Below are positions 24,194-37,966 of a DNA stretch of 64,000 nt, piece after piece (positions within the stretch are counted from its first letter, which is position 1; each line of letters opens with the position of its first letter). Made by a program: the position numbers and the translations under genes. The DNA is taken from contig NC_135822.1 of the NCBI RefSeq assembly GCF_964213995.1, positions 71,486,001-71,550,000 on the forward strand. Reading direction: 5' to 3'. The notes below the pieces were generated by a model, which was not told where the DNA came from, did no database searches, and was given only the letters and a program-made list of their open reading frames with translations. Origin of the DNA: Mustelus asterias (taxonomy: Eukaryota).

Positions 24194-25349
24194 GAACATA
24201 GAACATAGAACATAGAACAGTACAGCACAGAACAGGCCCTTCGGCCCACGATGTTGTGCCGAGCTTTATCTGAAACCAAGATCAAGCTATCCCACTCCCT
24301 ATCATCCTGGTGTGCTCCATGTGCCTATCCAATAACCGCTTAAATGTTTCTAAAGTGTCTGACTCCACTATCACTGCAGGCAGTCCATTCCACACCCCAA
24401 CCACTCTCTGCGTAAAGAACCTACCTCTGATATCTGTCCTGTATCTCCCACCACGAACCCTATAGTTATGCCCCCTTGTAATAGCTCCATCCACCCGAGG
24501 AAATAGTCTTTGAACGTTCACTCTATCTATCCCCTTCATCATTTTATACACCTCTATTAAGTCTCCCCTCAGCCTCCTCCGCTTCAGAGAGAACAGCCCT
24601 AGCTCCCTCAACCTTTCCTCATATGACCTACCCTCCAAACCAGGCAGCATCCTGGTAAATCTCCTCTGCACTCCTTCCAGCGCTTCCACATCCTTCCTAT
24701 AGTGAGGTGACCAGAACTGCACACAATATTCCAAATGTGGTCTCACCAAGGTCCTGTACAGTTGCAGCATAACCCCACGGCTCTTAAACTCCAACCCCCT
24801 GTTAATAAAAGCTAACACACTATAGGCCTTCTTCACAGCTCTATCCACTTGACTGGCAACCTTTAGAGATCTGTGGATATGGACCCCAAGATCTCTCTGT
24901 TCCTCCACAGTCTTCAGAACCCTACCTTTGACCCTGTAATCCACATTTAAATTTGTCCTACCAAAATGAATCACCTCACATTTATCAGGGTTAAACTCCA
25001 TTTGCCATTTTTCAGCCCAGCTTTGCATCCTATCTATGTCTCTTTGCAGCCGACAACAGCCCTCCACCTCATCCACTACTCCACCAATCTTGGTGTCATC
25101 AGCAAATTTACTGATCCACCCTTCAGCCCCCTCCTCTAAGTCATTAATAAAAATCACAAAGAGCAGAGGACCAAGCACTGATCCCTGCGGCACACCGCTA
25201 GCAACCTGCCTCCAATCCGAAAATTTTCCATCGACCACCACCCTCTGTCTTCGGTCAGCCAGCCAGTTACCTATCCAATCGGCCAACTTTCCCTCTATCC
25301 CACACCTCCTCACTTTCATCATAAGCCGACCATGGGGGACCTTATCAAA
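24194..25349 (-). mobile_element. Young 5'-truncated CR1; uninterrupted 346-aa RT/C-terminal ORF at 24282-25322
   Basis: [23 protein letters not shown]; (TTCTATG)n tail. Confidence 0.95.
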
Positions 25350-26584
25350 TCAAATCAAATCAAATGCAGGGAAAGGGCAGGAGAATCTTCCCAACTATGT
25401 TTTTGCCAATCAGTGTGTTAGGTTCTTAAGCCAGGTGTATTTGTCTTTCTGAAAGTGGCCTAGTTACCTTTGTCAGCTTTGTTTCACAACCATTTTCACC
25501 ACATCAGGTCTTGGGATGTAACACCATTTTGTGGTCAACATGACCAGTGCTTTGGCTTCAATGTATAAATCGCTTCATTAGGTGCTCATGCTCAAGCTTT
25601 TGTCGTACCTTCAACTGACCTGTGTATTAGGAATGTACCTAACTAGAGTACCAATTGATGTTTTCCCCTGTTAATGATGCTGGAAGTGTAAGTTGTTGTT
25701 CATGTGGTTGCATGGTGATGGGAAGTACAAAATATTTTTCTCATTATTTTTCATTTCATTTTGATCTGAACTTTCTTGAACTTTTCTTCACAGAACAGTT
25801 GAATTTGGTAGAGGGAAGAGTTCTGCACATAGTGATATGTTAGCTGAAGGAGAATAAAACAAATTTGGGCAACAGATGCATTTTGTTTCTTGTGGGAATG
25901 TGCTATCTACATAAGGAGCCAAAATGGCCATATGTTTCCCAGTAGGTTGCACAAGAGGTTATTCTTTGTGTGAGGTTGAACAGTTAATGTTGGTAGACTG
26001 AGCAGTTGTGGAGAGATTTGATAGCAAAGGCTAATGATATTCTCACCAAATGCCCATAAATTCACACCTTCCAGCAGGCATCACAGAATAGTGATTTTTT
26101 CCCCCTACTTTAGCACAGAAAAACTAACAATCTGATTTGACCCACTGTTGCTTTGGCTGACATCACTAACTCAGCACAGGCCAGTCATAGAACATCCTCA
26201 GATCTGCTGATCACAAGAGTTCAGTTCTGATGGCAGCAGATTTATTCTAAGCACTTGGCTACTCCCATGTTGCTCTCCAATGAAGCTCCACTAATTATGT
26301 CCATTTTAAATTAGCACTGTAGGCCAGCAACAAAGCCTTCCAGGAATTGTTTTAGTAAAGGTGGGCTATTTCATTCATCTTTTTGCAATTTACTGTAGAG
26401 TTATGACTGTTAAAGTCGGTGCTCCCTTCTCGATTTAGAAAAGATGTTGGAGACAGAAAATTACATCAGAGATGACTGCCTGTATTTGCATTACCCGAGT
26501 AGTCATAGTGTAGGACCAGGTACACCTTATTGATGATATTGGCAAGGAAGAGCAATTGGGGAAAAAAGGACAAAGACGATTTGA

Positions 26585-27012
26585 AATTTAAAAAGTGTCT
26601 TTCATGACTTCACATTGTCCAAAGTGTTTTACAGCCAACAAAGTACATTTGAAATGGAGTGACAGTTGCAACGTTGCACAGATGGCAACTAATTTACACA
26701 TAGCAAGCTTCGCAAAACAGCAATGTGATGGTGACCATATATTCTGTTTCTGTGATGTTGATTGAAGGATAAAGATTGAATAGGACACCAAGAAAACCTG
26801 CTCCGCTGTTCTTCAAAATAGCGTGTGGGACTTTTTCACCAAAGAGCCTTGGTTGAATATCTTACCTGAGAGGTGATACCTCTGCAAGTGCAGCAATCCC
26901 TCAGTCCTGCTCCAGAATATTAGGAATTTTGTGCTAAGTTTCCAGAGTGGATCAAAAATTCACAACCTTCTGACTCAGAGACAAGAGTGTGACCAACTGA
27001 GTCATGGCTGAC
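26585..27012 (-). mobile_element. SacSINE1-like DeuSINE (old)
   Basis: CACAACCTTCTGACTCAGAG...CAACTGAGTCATGGCTGACA and GTGCAGCAATCCCTCAGT resemble the reverse of SacSINE1 as recalled; weaker relics near 12240-12500, 13150-13320 and 37970-38160. Confidence 0.6.
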
Positions 27013-27022
27013 ATTGGAGCCT

Positions 27023-28584
27023 CATAGAACCATAGAAAATTACAGCTCAGAAACAGGCCTTTTGGCCCTTCTTGTCTGTGCCGAACCATTTTTTGCCTTG
27101 TCCCACTGACCTGCACTTGGACCATATCCCTCCACACCCCTCTCATCCATGAACCCGTCCAAGTTTTACCACTTTATCCGGCAGCTCATTCCACACTCCC
27201 ACCACTCTCTGCGTGAAGAAGCCCCCCCTAATATTCCCTTTAAACTGTTCTCCTTTCACCCTTAACCCATGCTCTCTGGTCTTTTTCTCCCCTAGCCTCA
27301 GCGGAAAAAGCCTGCTTGCATTCACTCTATCTATGCCCATCAAAATCTTATACACCTCTATCAAATCTCCCCTCAATCTTCTATGCTCCAGGGAATAAAG
27401 TCCCAACCTATTCAATCTCTCTCTGTAACTCAGCTTCTCAAGTCCCGGCAACATCCTTGTGAACCTTCTCTGCACTCTTTCAACCTTACTTACATCCTTC
27501 CTGTAACTAGGTGACCAAAACTGTACACAATACTCCAAATTTGGCCTCACCAATGCCTTATATAACCTTACCATAACACTCCAACTTTTATACTCGATAC
27601 TCCGATTTATAAAGGCCAATGTACCAAAGGCACTCTTTACGACCCTATCCACCTGTGACGTCACTTTTAGGGAATTCTGTACTTGTATTCCCAGATCCCT
27701 CTGTTCAACTGCACTCTTCAGAGTCCTACCATTTACCCTGCACGTTCTACTTTGGTTTGTCCTTCCAAAGTGCAATATCTCACACTTGTCTGCGTCAAAT
27801 TCCATTTGCCATTTTTCAGCCCATTTTTCTAGTTGGTCCAAATCCCTCTGCAAGCTTTGAAAACCTTCCTCACTGTCCACTACACCTCCAATCTTTGTAT
27901 CATCAGCAAACTTGCTGATCCAATTTACCACATTATCATCCAGATCATTATATAGATGACAAACAACAATGGACCCAACACCGATCCCTGCGGCACACCA
28001 CTAGTCACAGGCCTCCACTCAGAGAAGCAATCCTCCACAACCACTCTCTGGCTTCTTCCATTGAGCCAGTGTCTAATCCAATTTACTACCTCCCCATGTA
28101 TACCTAGCGACTGAACCTTCCTAACTAACCTCCCATGAGGGACCTTGTCAAAGGCCTTGCTGAAATCCAGGTAGACAACATCCACCGCCTTCCCTTCATC
28201 CACTTTCCTGGTAACCTCCTCGAAAAACTCTAATCGATTGGTCAAACATGACCTACCACGCACAAAGCCATGTTGACTCTCCCTAATAAGTCCCTGTCTA
28301 TCCAAATATTTGTAGATCCTATCCCTTATCACACCTTCCAATAACTTGCCCACCACCGACGTCAAACTTACTGGCCTATAATTTCCCGGATTTCTTTTGG
28401 AACCTTTTTTAAACAACGGAACAACATGAGCCACCCTCCAATCATCCGGCACCTCCCCCGTGAATACTGACATTTTAAATATGTCTGCCAGGGCCCCTGC
28501 AAGTTCAACACTAGCTTCCCTCAAGGTCCATGGGAATACCCTGTCCGGTCCTGGGGATTTATCCACTCTGATTTGCCTCAAGAT
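27023..28584 (-). mobile_element. Young 5'-truncated CR1, same subfamily as 16085-18605
   Basis: ORFs 27143-27931 and 27925-28860 carry RT motifs with one frameshift; CATAGAACCATAGAA tail. Confidence 0.95.
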
Positions 28585-29294
28585 TTGCCTCTGATTTGCC
28601 TCATATTTGTCAAGAAGGCACTTGTGCAGATACACTGGCAGACAACAAAGGGATTGCACTTGTTGTGAAAGACGGCCATCAATTTTTATGCCTCTTCCTG
28701 GTTTTGGGTTACAGTTGGGAATATTTTCAATATAAGGCAATTTACAGTTGGCAGATTTATCCAGCAGACGATTGATGTGTTCCGCAGTGGGGACCAGCTT
28801 TTCCAAAGCTTGTCCACTGAATAGCGACAATATGTTAACAGGGCTGTCCAATTTCATCATAATACTGAGTTCCCTTAAATTTCTGAGTTATTGATATATT
28901 CTATCAATGTTCATCTGGTCAGTAATCAGGAACATGGGATTATGCAAGTCACTGTCAACTTTTCAAGCAGCCAATATGATGCATTCATTAAGATGCATGC
29001 ATTGGCATCACCTTGATCTGAATTAAAAGAATGGCTCCTCATGGTTAATGGTTTCCTTGCACGATTCATGAACAGAAGCAAAGAGCAGGCACAAAATGGC
29101 CAAACTGCGAGGATTATTTGAGGCCATTCTTGGTATTATGTCTTTGCTTTCTGGTACCTGAATTGGGCAAGGGATACCTTAGAGTTCACAAGTATCAGCA
29201 TCTGCCAATCATTGTTTGTTGACAACTTGAAAATGTGAGCCAATTAATATGGACACCTGGATTTTTAATTCATCAACAGTGAAAGAACAGCAAT

Positions 29295-29720
29295 ATAGTT
29301 CCAAGTCAGGAAGGCATGTGGCTTGGAGGGGAACCTGCAGGTGGTGGTGGTGTTCCCATGTGTCTGCTGCCCTTCTGGGTGGATAAAGTCACAGGTTTCA
29401 AAGTTACTGTTGAAGGGAGGTTTGGAAGTTACTGCAGTGCATGTTGTAGATGGTACATGCTGCTGCCACTGTGGTGGAAGGACTGAGTGTTGAAGGTGGC
29501 GGAGGGCAAGCTGATTGAGCAGGCTGCTTTGTCCTAGATGGTGTCAGGCTTCTTCAGTGTTGTTGGAACTGCAGTCATGTGGGGGAGTCTTTCATTGCAG
29601 CTATTTGTGCTTTACAGATAGGCTTTGGGAGGGTCAGGTGGTGAGTTACTTGTAATTCGCAATCTGTGACCTGGTCTTGTAGCCACAGTAGATACCTGGC
29701 TGGTCCAATTCAATTTCTGA
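29295..29720 (-). mobile_element. Old LINE fragment (probably CR1-clade)
   Basis: GGCTTGGAGGGGAACCTGCAGGTGGTGG...TTCCCATG recalled as a common shark LINE; heavily decayed. Confidence 0.45.
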
Positions 29721-31324
29721 TTAATGTTTTCATTTTCTTTCTCCTTTCTACCTCACAGTTCTCCACTGTGTTTTGTACTTTCCTGTTTGTTTCTATTCAG
29801 CCCTTTCATACCATCAAAGATATTTTCTTTTCATTAATATTATCTACAATCTCTGTGGCTGTGCCTGTCACAGGAACACTGTCCACTTGCCTACTTCTCT
29901 TTTCTGATGTTGCTTCATGTGTTGCCGAAAGCTTTTCACATATGGTACCGCCATTCGAGCTGATCACTTACGGTAGCGAGCTTCAAGTTTCACGCACTAC
30001 CTCATTTTGATAACCTCGTCGTATTTACTCATTATTGGCTTCTGCAACATGGTGAGAACCATCAACAAAAGGCAGCAACTGCTTTTAAAATGAAGATTCC
30101 AAAGTTGTATAATCAGGGGTAAAGATGTCACATTTTAAAGTTTTTATTGTTTCTGGAACCTTACGACAATCGAAAGTAAAGTGAATTCTCACTAAATTGT
30201 TCATAATGCAGACCAGAATTAGTGCGGTATTTAGTGTCAAATACCGTGTATACCCCTTACAGATGTGCAGCTCTCATTTTCTCTGTTTCCATCCTCTCCC
30301 CCAGTGAAAGGTTATGATGAATTGACTGATTAAGTATTGCTTTCTGCCCACCAGCTGACGCTAATTCACTGTTGAACTGCTTCAGTAGATTTCGGAGCTC
30401 AAGGCAAGATTGTTCTCATTTGAGCAATCAGCTTAGAATGTCTAGCAGGTGAAATTCCACCGTTGTTGTGGTGGTCCACCCTGTAGCCGCTGTATGTGCG
30501 GTCAGTTTCTTTGCTTGATTTATGAATATTGCCCAGCTAAACAAAAAAACATTGGCGAAAGAAAATAGAAAAGTTACAGTTCAAGTAAGTTTATAAAATT
30601 TTGCACCTTCGCAGTTACAGTATCAAATGATAGATCACTCGAGTGCTTTCCTAAGTGTCTGTGATATATGGTCATATTATCTACAAAACTGTGTTACATG
30701 ATTTTTCTTTATTGCTAGTGTTGGTGGCAGTCAGTAAAACAGATTACTTTTTAGGTCAAATCGATATGTATTTTATTTACTGAGTTTTCAAACACACTTT
30801 CTACTATATACACTTTCACACTATATGAAAACATACTGCTGCTTCTCTCCAGAGCATTGGTGACCATTTCAAAAAGAGTATTTGAGCTTTGTCTAACTGC
30901 AGACTGCTTACTTTGAATCTGTGTCAGAACTTTTTCAGATTATGGTAAAATGGTGTTTTTTGTCCAAGTGCCGCAGGTGATGCATTGTATCTTGAAGTGC
31001 AACTTAGTTAATTGAAACTCTCAGAGATGAGAGGGTGGTGCCTATCTGAAACCTGTTAGGTTTCCTGAGGTGGAAGACTGAGTCAGAAATCTCCAATCTC
31101 AAAAATGACAGCCTCTGATAAAAATATAGTCATTATTAGCGAGACCTTGGATTGTTTAATCAAGAGCTCAAAATTAGGGATGCAAAGGTTGCCACTGTAG
31201 CTGCAAACCTCTTCATGGCACATTGAAGATTTTTGTCCTTGAATTCTTTGCTCCAATCAATTTCACACTTCTTGCCATTTTGTGGATTATCCAGGGAGTT
31301 AAATATGTTGCCAAAGCGACTTGA

Positions 31325-32720
31325 TGAGAGCAGAGGAGAATGAGGGGGGGGGACATGATTGAGATGTATAAATTTATGAGGGGCATAGCTAGACAGGAAG
31401 AAACCTTTCCTCTTGGTGGAGTGATCAATGATAGCATAGATTTAATGTGAGGGGATGTGAGGAAAAAAATTTCCATGCCATGTTGAAGATTTCCACCCAG
31501 AGGGTGGGGAACATCTGGAACTTCCTGAAAGGGTGGTGGAGGCAGGGATCCTCATAACATTTAAGAAGTATTTAGATGTGCACTTGTGATGCCAAGGTAT
31601 AAAAGGAAAATGGGATTAGCTTTTGGGATGGTTGCTTTTTGACTGGCACAGATGCAATGGGCTGAAGGGCCTTTTCTGTGCAGTAGGACTCTCTGACTCT
31701 ACCTCCCATTAGAATTGATGTCTCTGGAATTTAATACCAGCCTGCATTTTTTATCGATTGAAATGACTATAAATCTGATTTTTGTTCTTCACTTACTTCG
31801 TCTACTACACAAAATAATGCTCGATTAAGGGATACTTTCCCCAGTTTTGTTATTTCCTTTAAATTGTTTAAACATCGTCAGATCATAAGTGACTTCTTTC
31901 GAGATAGTAAATAACATGAAAATGTTATATCTGCATATACTCCCTGCTAATGAAATCTTACTTCCTGTTGACAGTATTTCCCATATCCATCAAGTTGGCC
32001 ACATTTATAATGGAAAGTGTCTATCTGTAACTATATCCATTTTGCCAGTGGTGGGGTTACAAGAACAAAGTCATGTAGGGAGACATTACAAATATTTAAA
32101 GGTTGGAACAGTGTCAAAGATATGGGATCCTTAGCTTTATAAGTTCCTGAAATTTATAAATTTCTGGCAACTCTTCAAAAATCATAGTTTAACCCCAATT
32201 GGAGTGATATGTGAAACTCTGGATACTTCACTTTCGGAAGAAATGCAGGACTTTAAAGAGGGTACAGAAGGAATTTATCACAATGTTGCAAGGCATCCTT
32301 AGATGGAGAGATCCTGGGGTTGTTCTCCTTTGATCAGCAAAGGTTACGAAAGTTAAATTTAATCAAGGTGTTCAAAATCATTTGTGGTTTTAATCGAGAA
32401 AATAAGATATAACTGCTTCCAGAACCTGAAGGGTTGGTCATAGATGTTATTGATTTGAGAGAACTGGTGAAAGAACTGGAGGGGAGATGAGAAAAACTTG
32501 TACTCGGCATATTTTAAGGGACTGGACTATACCATTTCAAAGGATGGTGGAAGCAGATTCATTCGCAACTTTCAAAAGAGAATTGGGGAAGGACTTGAAA
32601 AGGAGAAATTTGCAAGGTTATGGGGAATGGGCAGCAAAATGAGATTCTTTGGGTGGTCCTTTCAGAGAGCCAGTGCAGGCACATGGGTTGAATAGCTTCC
32701 TTCTCTGCTGTGTCATTTCA
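31325..32720 (+). mobile_element. Two old CR1 3' fragments (31325-31700, 32130-32720)
   Basis: Decayed RRMRGDMIEMYK-like coding sequence and GGGCTGAAGGGCCT tails. Confidence 0.7.
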
Positions 32721-33717
32721 GTCATTCTGGCACAATGTGATGCAATCCATCATTTTAAAGGTTATATTTTTGAGACCAGCCTCAATTGAAAAGGGAAACC
32801 AAAAAGGTCAACTGAGGAAGAAAGTGGGCAGTTCCAGTTTCTAAGAAGACTGAGATTGGAAACCAAACCTTCTGGGGAGACTGAACCTGGGTGAAAATAT
32901 AAAAGAGCACTGGAGATGATGAGGAATCCAGTGGTGCAATGCAGCTAGGCAGAGGAAGACTGATGTTAAATCCAGAAGCTGAGAATTAGCAAAGATATAG
33001 TTGGTGCAGCTGGTTATGTTACTTGGAGATAATATTGCCACAGCGACATCACCTAGAATGAGGAGGCTCTGCAGATGTTGCGCCATTTTTAGTTAAGACC
33101 ATGCCTGTGGAACTCTGATTGGTTGTGCTCTGCTGCCAGCTTGGGATCAGGCTACATCTGAGAAGAAGAGGAGAGGAAATTCTTTATGATGAAGACAGAG
33201 TTGTGAAGAACCTTGTGACTGAAATTGTTAATTGTTAATGCTGAGCAAAGTCAGAGGATCTGTCTGAATTGTATCTGCCATTTGATGTGGAAGTTATCGT
33301 TCATAATTGACTGCCTGTTTAAATCATGTTTAACTAATGTTGATTCTGGTTTTAAAATATAGGTAGTTATCTAAGGTCAAATTCAATGTTTGCTTTGTTT
33401 GTATCTTGTGTGTTAAACAATCTTCTGTTTAAACAGTGCATTTGACTTAATTCTTTCAGTAAATTATTGGGACTTTGGATATCATAATTAAAAAAGAAAT
33501 ACTTACTGGTCTGGACCAAGATTGTAACAAGAGAAAGAAGCCATTCGGCCCATCAGGTCCAAGCCATCTCTCCGTAGTATTCCAGTCAGTCCCATTTCCC
33601 TATTCTAAGTTTATTCTCCTGAAGTGCCTATCCAGTTTCCTTGTTGATCATCTTTGTTTCCATCACTCTCATTGGCAGCAGGTTCCAAATCATGACCGCT
33701 CGCTGCGTAAAGATGTT

Positions 33718-34520
33718 GGGTGTGATTTTCCTGCCCATTACCCTGGTCGAATGGCAGAGCGGGGCGGGAAATGTAAGCGGGAGAGTAAAGATTGAATTCC
33801 AACCCAGAGGCCGGCAAGTCGTGAATTTCCCAGGCCATTTTTTTTCCCACATGATTAGCCTCGCGCTGGGGAATGGCGAACTCCGAATGCTATTGTCCGG
33901 GGTAACTTCGGCTTCCGACCTCGCCGGTGAAGGCTCCCACCAATGAAGATCATAGCTGGTCTCTCGCAATGGGGACCAGACGTGGTGACTAGATGCCATG
34001 GAGGACCCTGGGAAGTCGGGGGGCAGGGGAACAGTGCCAGCCTGGCACATTGGGAGTGCCCTCTGGGGGGCCTCATTGTGGGGGGCTCACAGGGGCGGGC
34101 CGGACAGGGTGGAACCAGTCAGGGGGGCAGTGTGGTAGGAGGGAAGGGGGGACTAGTGGTGGGGCCAGCGATTGGAGATCGGGGCTGGCAATCGGGAGGC
34201 TGCCAATTGGGTGGGGGAGGGGGGGGTGGTTGTTGTGGCTGGTGATTGGGAGGCTGGCGCTCGTGGTAGGAAGGGATGATGCCAACTGATCTCCCAGTAT
34301 ACTGGGGGATGGGTACATCCCAATGGCCCCCTGAGCACTCTGCTGCCGGCCTTGCCAGTGAGTTTAGTCTCCGTCCTCTACTGGCGTGAATCGCTCGATA
34401 GCCTCTGCATTGCACCAGGTGCAGTACATTTATGAAACTCAGCTCTTTCAAAAAACGGGCGGAAAAACGGGAGGTTTACCTGCCCATTGGACACTTGATT
34501 TCTTTTGGGAGAATTGCCGC
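33718..34520. mobile_element. GC-rich non-autonomous TIR element (Harbinger-like) inside an old minus-strand CR1 (33535-35090)
   Basis: Ends GGGTGTGATTTTCC...GGGAGAATTGCCGC; internal similarity to 48779-49826. Confidence 0.6.
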
Positions 34521-35090
34521 TGTTCTTCCTTACAACCTCCCTCTAGATCTTATCTAGATCTTTAGATTCTTATCCTTAAAGGAGAACAATCCAGCTTCTG
34601 CAACCTAACCTTGTCATCAAACTCCCTTCTCCCTGCAACCATTCTGGTAAATTTCCTCTGCATCTTCTCGAGGGCCTTCACATTCTTTTTTAAAGTGTGA
34701 TGACCACATTCAAACACATCCTTAGCTGAGGCCTAACCAGAATTAATATTGGTTCAGCATAATCTTCCTCCTTTTGTACTCAATACCTCTGTTAGTGAAA
34801 CCAAAGAATCCTTCAGCTTTGCTGGTCACTTTCGAAATATGTCTTGTCACCTTCAAAAAGCAAGGTGGTTAAACCTTGATGTCTCTCTCTTCCTGCGCAC
34901 TCTTTAGAACTGTGCTCTTAAGTTTATATTGCCTCTTTCTCTATCCTGCACCTCTCAGTTTGCCATTTTAAATTAAGTTTGCCATCTGTCTGTCTACTCT
35001 GCAAGCCTATCTATGTCCTGTTGCAGTCAATTGATATCATCCAATATATTGGTATAATTGCTGAAGTTTGAAATTTTCCTCTGTATTTCT

Positions 35091-35434
35091 TAGAATCTTA
35101 GAAACCCTACAGCACAGAAAGAGGCCATTCGGCCTATCGAGTCTGCACTGACCACAATCCCACCCAGGCCCTACCCCCATATCCCTACATATTTACCCAC
35201 TAATCCCTCCAACCTACGCATCTCAAGACACGAAGGGCAATTTTTAGCATGGCCAATCAACCTAACCCGCACATCTTTGGACTGTGGGAGGAAACCGGAG
35301 CACCCGGAGGAAACCCACGCAGACACGGGAAGAATGTGCAAACTCCACACAGACAGTGACCCAAGCCGGGAATCGAACCCAGGTCCCTGGAGCTGTGAAG
35401 CAGCAGTGCTAACCACTGTGCTACCGCGCCGCCC
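35091..35434 (-). mobile_element. Full-length young HE1 SINE with CR1-derived tail
   Basis: GGGCGGCGCGGTAGCACAGTGGTTAGCACTGCTG...GGTTCGATTCCCGG head, V-domain and CR1 tail. Confidence 0.93.
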
Positions 35435-35759
35435 AAATTATATATATATTTCAATATCCAGGTCTCATATATTAGAAAAGGCACGGCTTCTTGTGGAGCA
35501 CCGTGATTACCATCCTTCAGTTTGAAAAATAATCATTAACTACGAGTCACTGCAGGGGGGGATTTTCTGCTCTTGCTTTCTTCGGGCAGAAACGGCTATT
35601 GAAGTGGAAAATCCCACGAGAGACCCGAATCGCATTTCACGCTGAAGTAAAGGTGTGATGCAATTGCCGAACCCCACCAGTGGCATAATGGGAAACCCGA
35701 CGTTCATCATCAGGAACCTCATCACAATATATTTGCATCTGATTCGCCATCAATCATCC

Positions 35760-36575
35760 ATCTCGCTTTGAATGATATGGGCATCCAGATAAAGAGCCTA
35801 TAAACTTGCCTTTTTCCAACATTCCCCTGCTCTGACCTTATTTTCTGTTGCACTCTTATGTTTGCACACTATGTCCCTTCCTTCGACATTTATCATGACC
35901 TGGATAGTTACCCTACACTATTGTCTTGAGCTTTGTCTTTAACTTTCTAAATCTCCCCTCATGTGAACCCTGCCCCCACCACCCCAAGCTATTTTATTAA
36001 AAGCCCCCTGCACAGCCATAGTTACAGGGTTCACCAATACATTGGTCTCAGCATGGTTCAGGTGAAAGTTATCCCAATGGTGCAGCTCCTTCTTCCCCAG
36101 TACGCATGCCGGGTCCCCATGAATTGAAAACAATTTCTCCCAGAAGAGTCTTTGAGCTCTGTCAGGAGAATGTAATCTTACCTATGTGGTTGATCCCCAT
36201 GTGCACTATGACAACTGGATGCTTCCTTTTCCACTTCAAGTTTCTCTCCAGCCCTGAGAAGACATCTTTATTCATTCCTGCCATCAAGCGAGCAGCATAG
36301 CCTTTCAGACTCACGCTCTCGGCTGCAGGGAACATTTCCTATCCCTCTAAATGTATTGTCACATGCTACTACACCGTTCCATTTACCCCTCAGTTGAATG
36401 GCTCGCTACGCCACAGTTCCATGGTCACTCTGCCCATCCTCTCTGCTCAGACTTCAGCCCATCAACTTAGAGCCCAAGTTCTTCAAGCTATAGACACTTG
36501 GTGCAGGTTTGGTTGCTGTGGATCACACTGGTATCCACCAGGTCTCACATGCTGCAGCAGCAGAGCAGACACAAA
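35760..36575 (-). mobile_element. Old CR1 ORF1 (esterase-like) relic
   Basis: Minus translation includes PVVIVHMGINHIG and HWDNFHLNHAETNVL; parallels 22200-22650. Confidence 0.6.
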
Positions 36576-37548
36576 ATGAAATGCGATGGATTGAATCGCT
36601 TGCAGACCGTGCACTCTGGTGACTGTGACTCAAGTATGTTTGTCGTCATTTTCAGATAATTGTATTTAATGCATTTGGTCGACAAGTAGGCCATCATGTG
36701 AGATTTATGTGGCTATTGTTAGTTGTATAAACGAGTGCTTGTAAACCACATATATATCATATGAATATTTTTATCCTGCTGACTATAATGGGTTATTTCA
36801 GTTTGTGTGACTGAGAGGGTGCTCTTCATGTGCCAAAATTATGTCTTGGTTGTCATTTTCTTCTTCAGAATATAGGTTTCCAATTTCATGAAATCAGACT
36901 TGTGATTAGATTAAGTAGTCACCGAGTAACACAGCTGCAGGTACTGATGAAAATGAAAGGTTAGAAAGAGTATATTACTTGGAAGAGAATGTGAGTAAAT
37001 GAGTTATGGGACATTCACTGGGTAGCACTGGTAATTAAATCACTGGTGGTAAAACATATTGCTGCTCCACAATTAGGTGACTGACAATTCCTGTGACCCC
37101 ATTTTTAGGAACGTAAATGATGAGATGTTCACTGACTGTGGAGAATTTTTCTTTCTAGTTGTTTTCAGCATTTGACTTTAAACTGTAAACAATACCCCTT
37201 GACTAATGATTTCAATATCTATAGAATATTTTGTTAATATCCTGCATGTTCCATTAGGTGCATGAATAAAGTACTCAAATTCATCAACAGTAAGTATGGT
37301 TACAAAGTAAGGCATGATTATATTTAAGAGATAAACAATTTGCATTTATATAGTGACTTCCATGATGTCCAAAAGGGCGACAGTCAGTGAATTTTGTTTT
37401 AAGCGTATTTGCTGTTAGACCTGGAAAGGGAGGACAGAATTGAACAAAGGAAGGTCCTGGCAGCAGCAGTGTGAAAATGATCAGAGCTGTTTGTTTCAGT
37501 CATGTCGACCAAGGGCAAAAATACGAAGCAACTCTTTGGCTGTTCTTT

Positions 37549-37966
37549 GAAATTACAAAAGGTCGTGAATGTAGCCCAATCCATCACGCAAACCAGCCTC
37601 CCATCCATTGACTCTGTCTACACTTCCCGCTGCCTCGGCAAAGCAGCCAGCATAATTAAGGACCCCACGCACTCCGGACATTCTCTCTTCCACCTTCTTC
37701 CTTCGGGAAAAAGATACAAAAGTCTGAGGTCACGTACCAACCGATTGAAGAACAGCTTCTTCCCTGCTGCTGTCAGACTTTTGAATGGACTTACCTTGCA
37801 TTAAGTTGATCTTTCTCTACACCCTAGCTATGACTGTAACACTACATTCTGCACTCTCTCGTTTCCTTCTCTATGAACAGTATGCTTTGTCTGTATAGCG
37901 TGCAAGAAACAATACTTTTCACAGTACGTTAATGCATGTGACAATAATAAATCAAATCAAATCAAA
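37549..37966 (+). mobile_element. Rex1/Babar-like LINE 3' end
   Basis: LQKVVNVAQSIT...LPSGKRYKSLRSRTNRLKNSFFPAAVRLLN; (ATCAA)n tail. Confidence 0.9.

Noticed and set aside
28585-28860. Novel N-terminus fused to CR1 RT in ORF 27925-28860
   Set aside because: Chance open frame in flanking DNA beyond the CR1 5' truncation
32736-33529. TG...CA-bounded LTR-like segment (similar candidates at ~10690-12000 and ~59930-60800)
   Set aside because: No TSD, PBS or PPT confirmed; too uncertain to call
33855-34451. Clusters of overlapping Gly/Pro-rich ORFs (also 38590-39610, 48950-49750)
   Set aside because: Stop-poor GC-rich interiors of non-autonomous elements
35360-35434. tRNA-like A/B-box sequences (also at 9768, 12822, 40230, 51520, 57000)
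   Set aside because: SINE heads continuing into a V-domain, not tRNA genes
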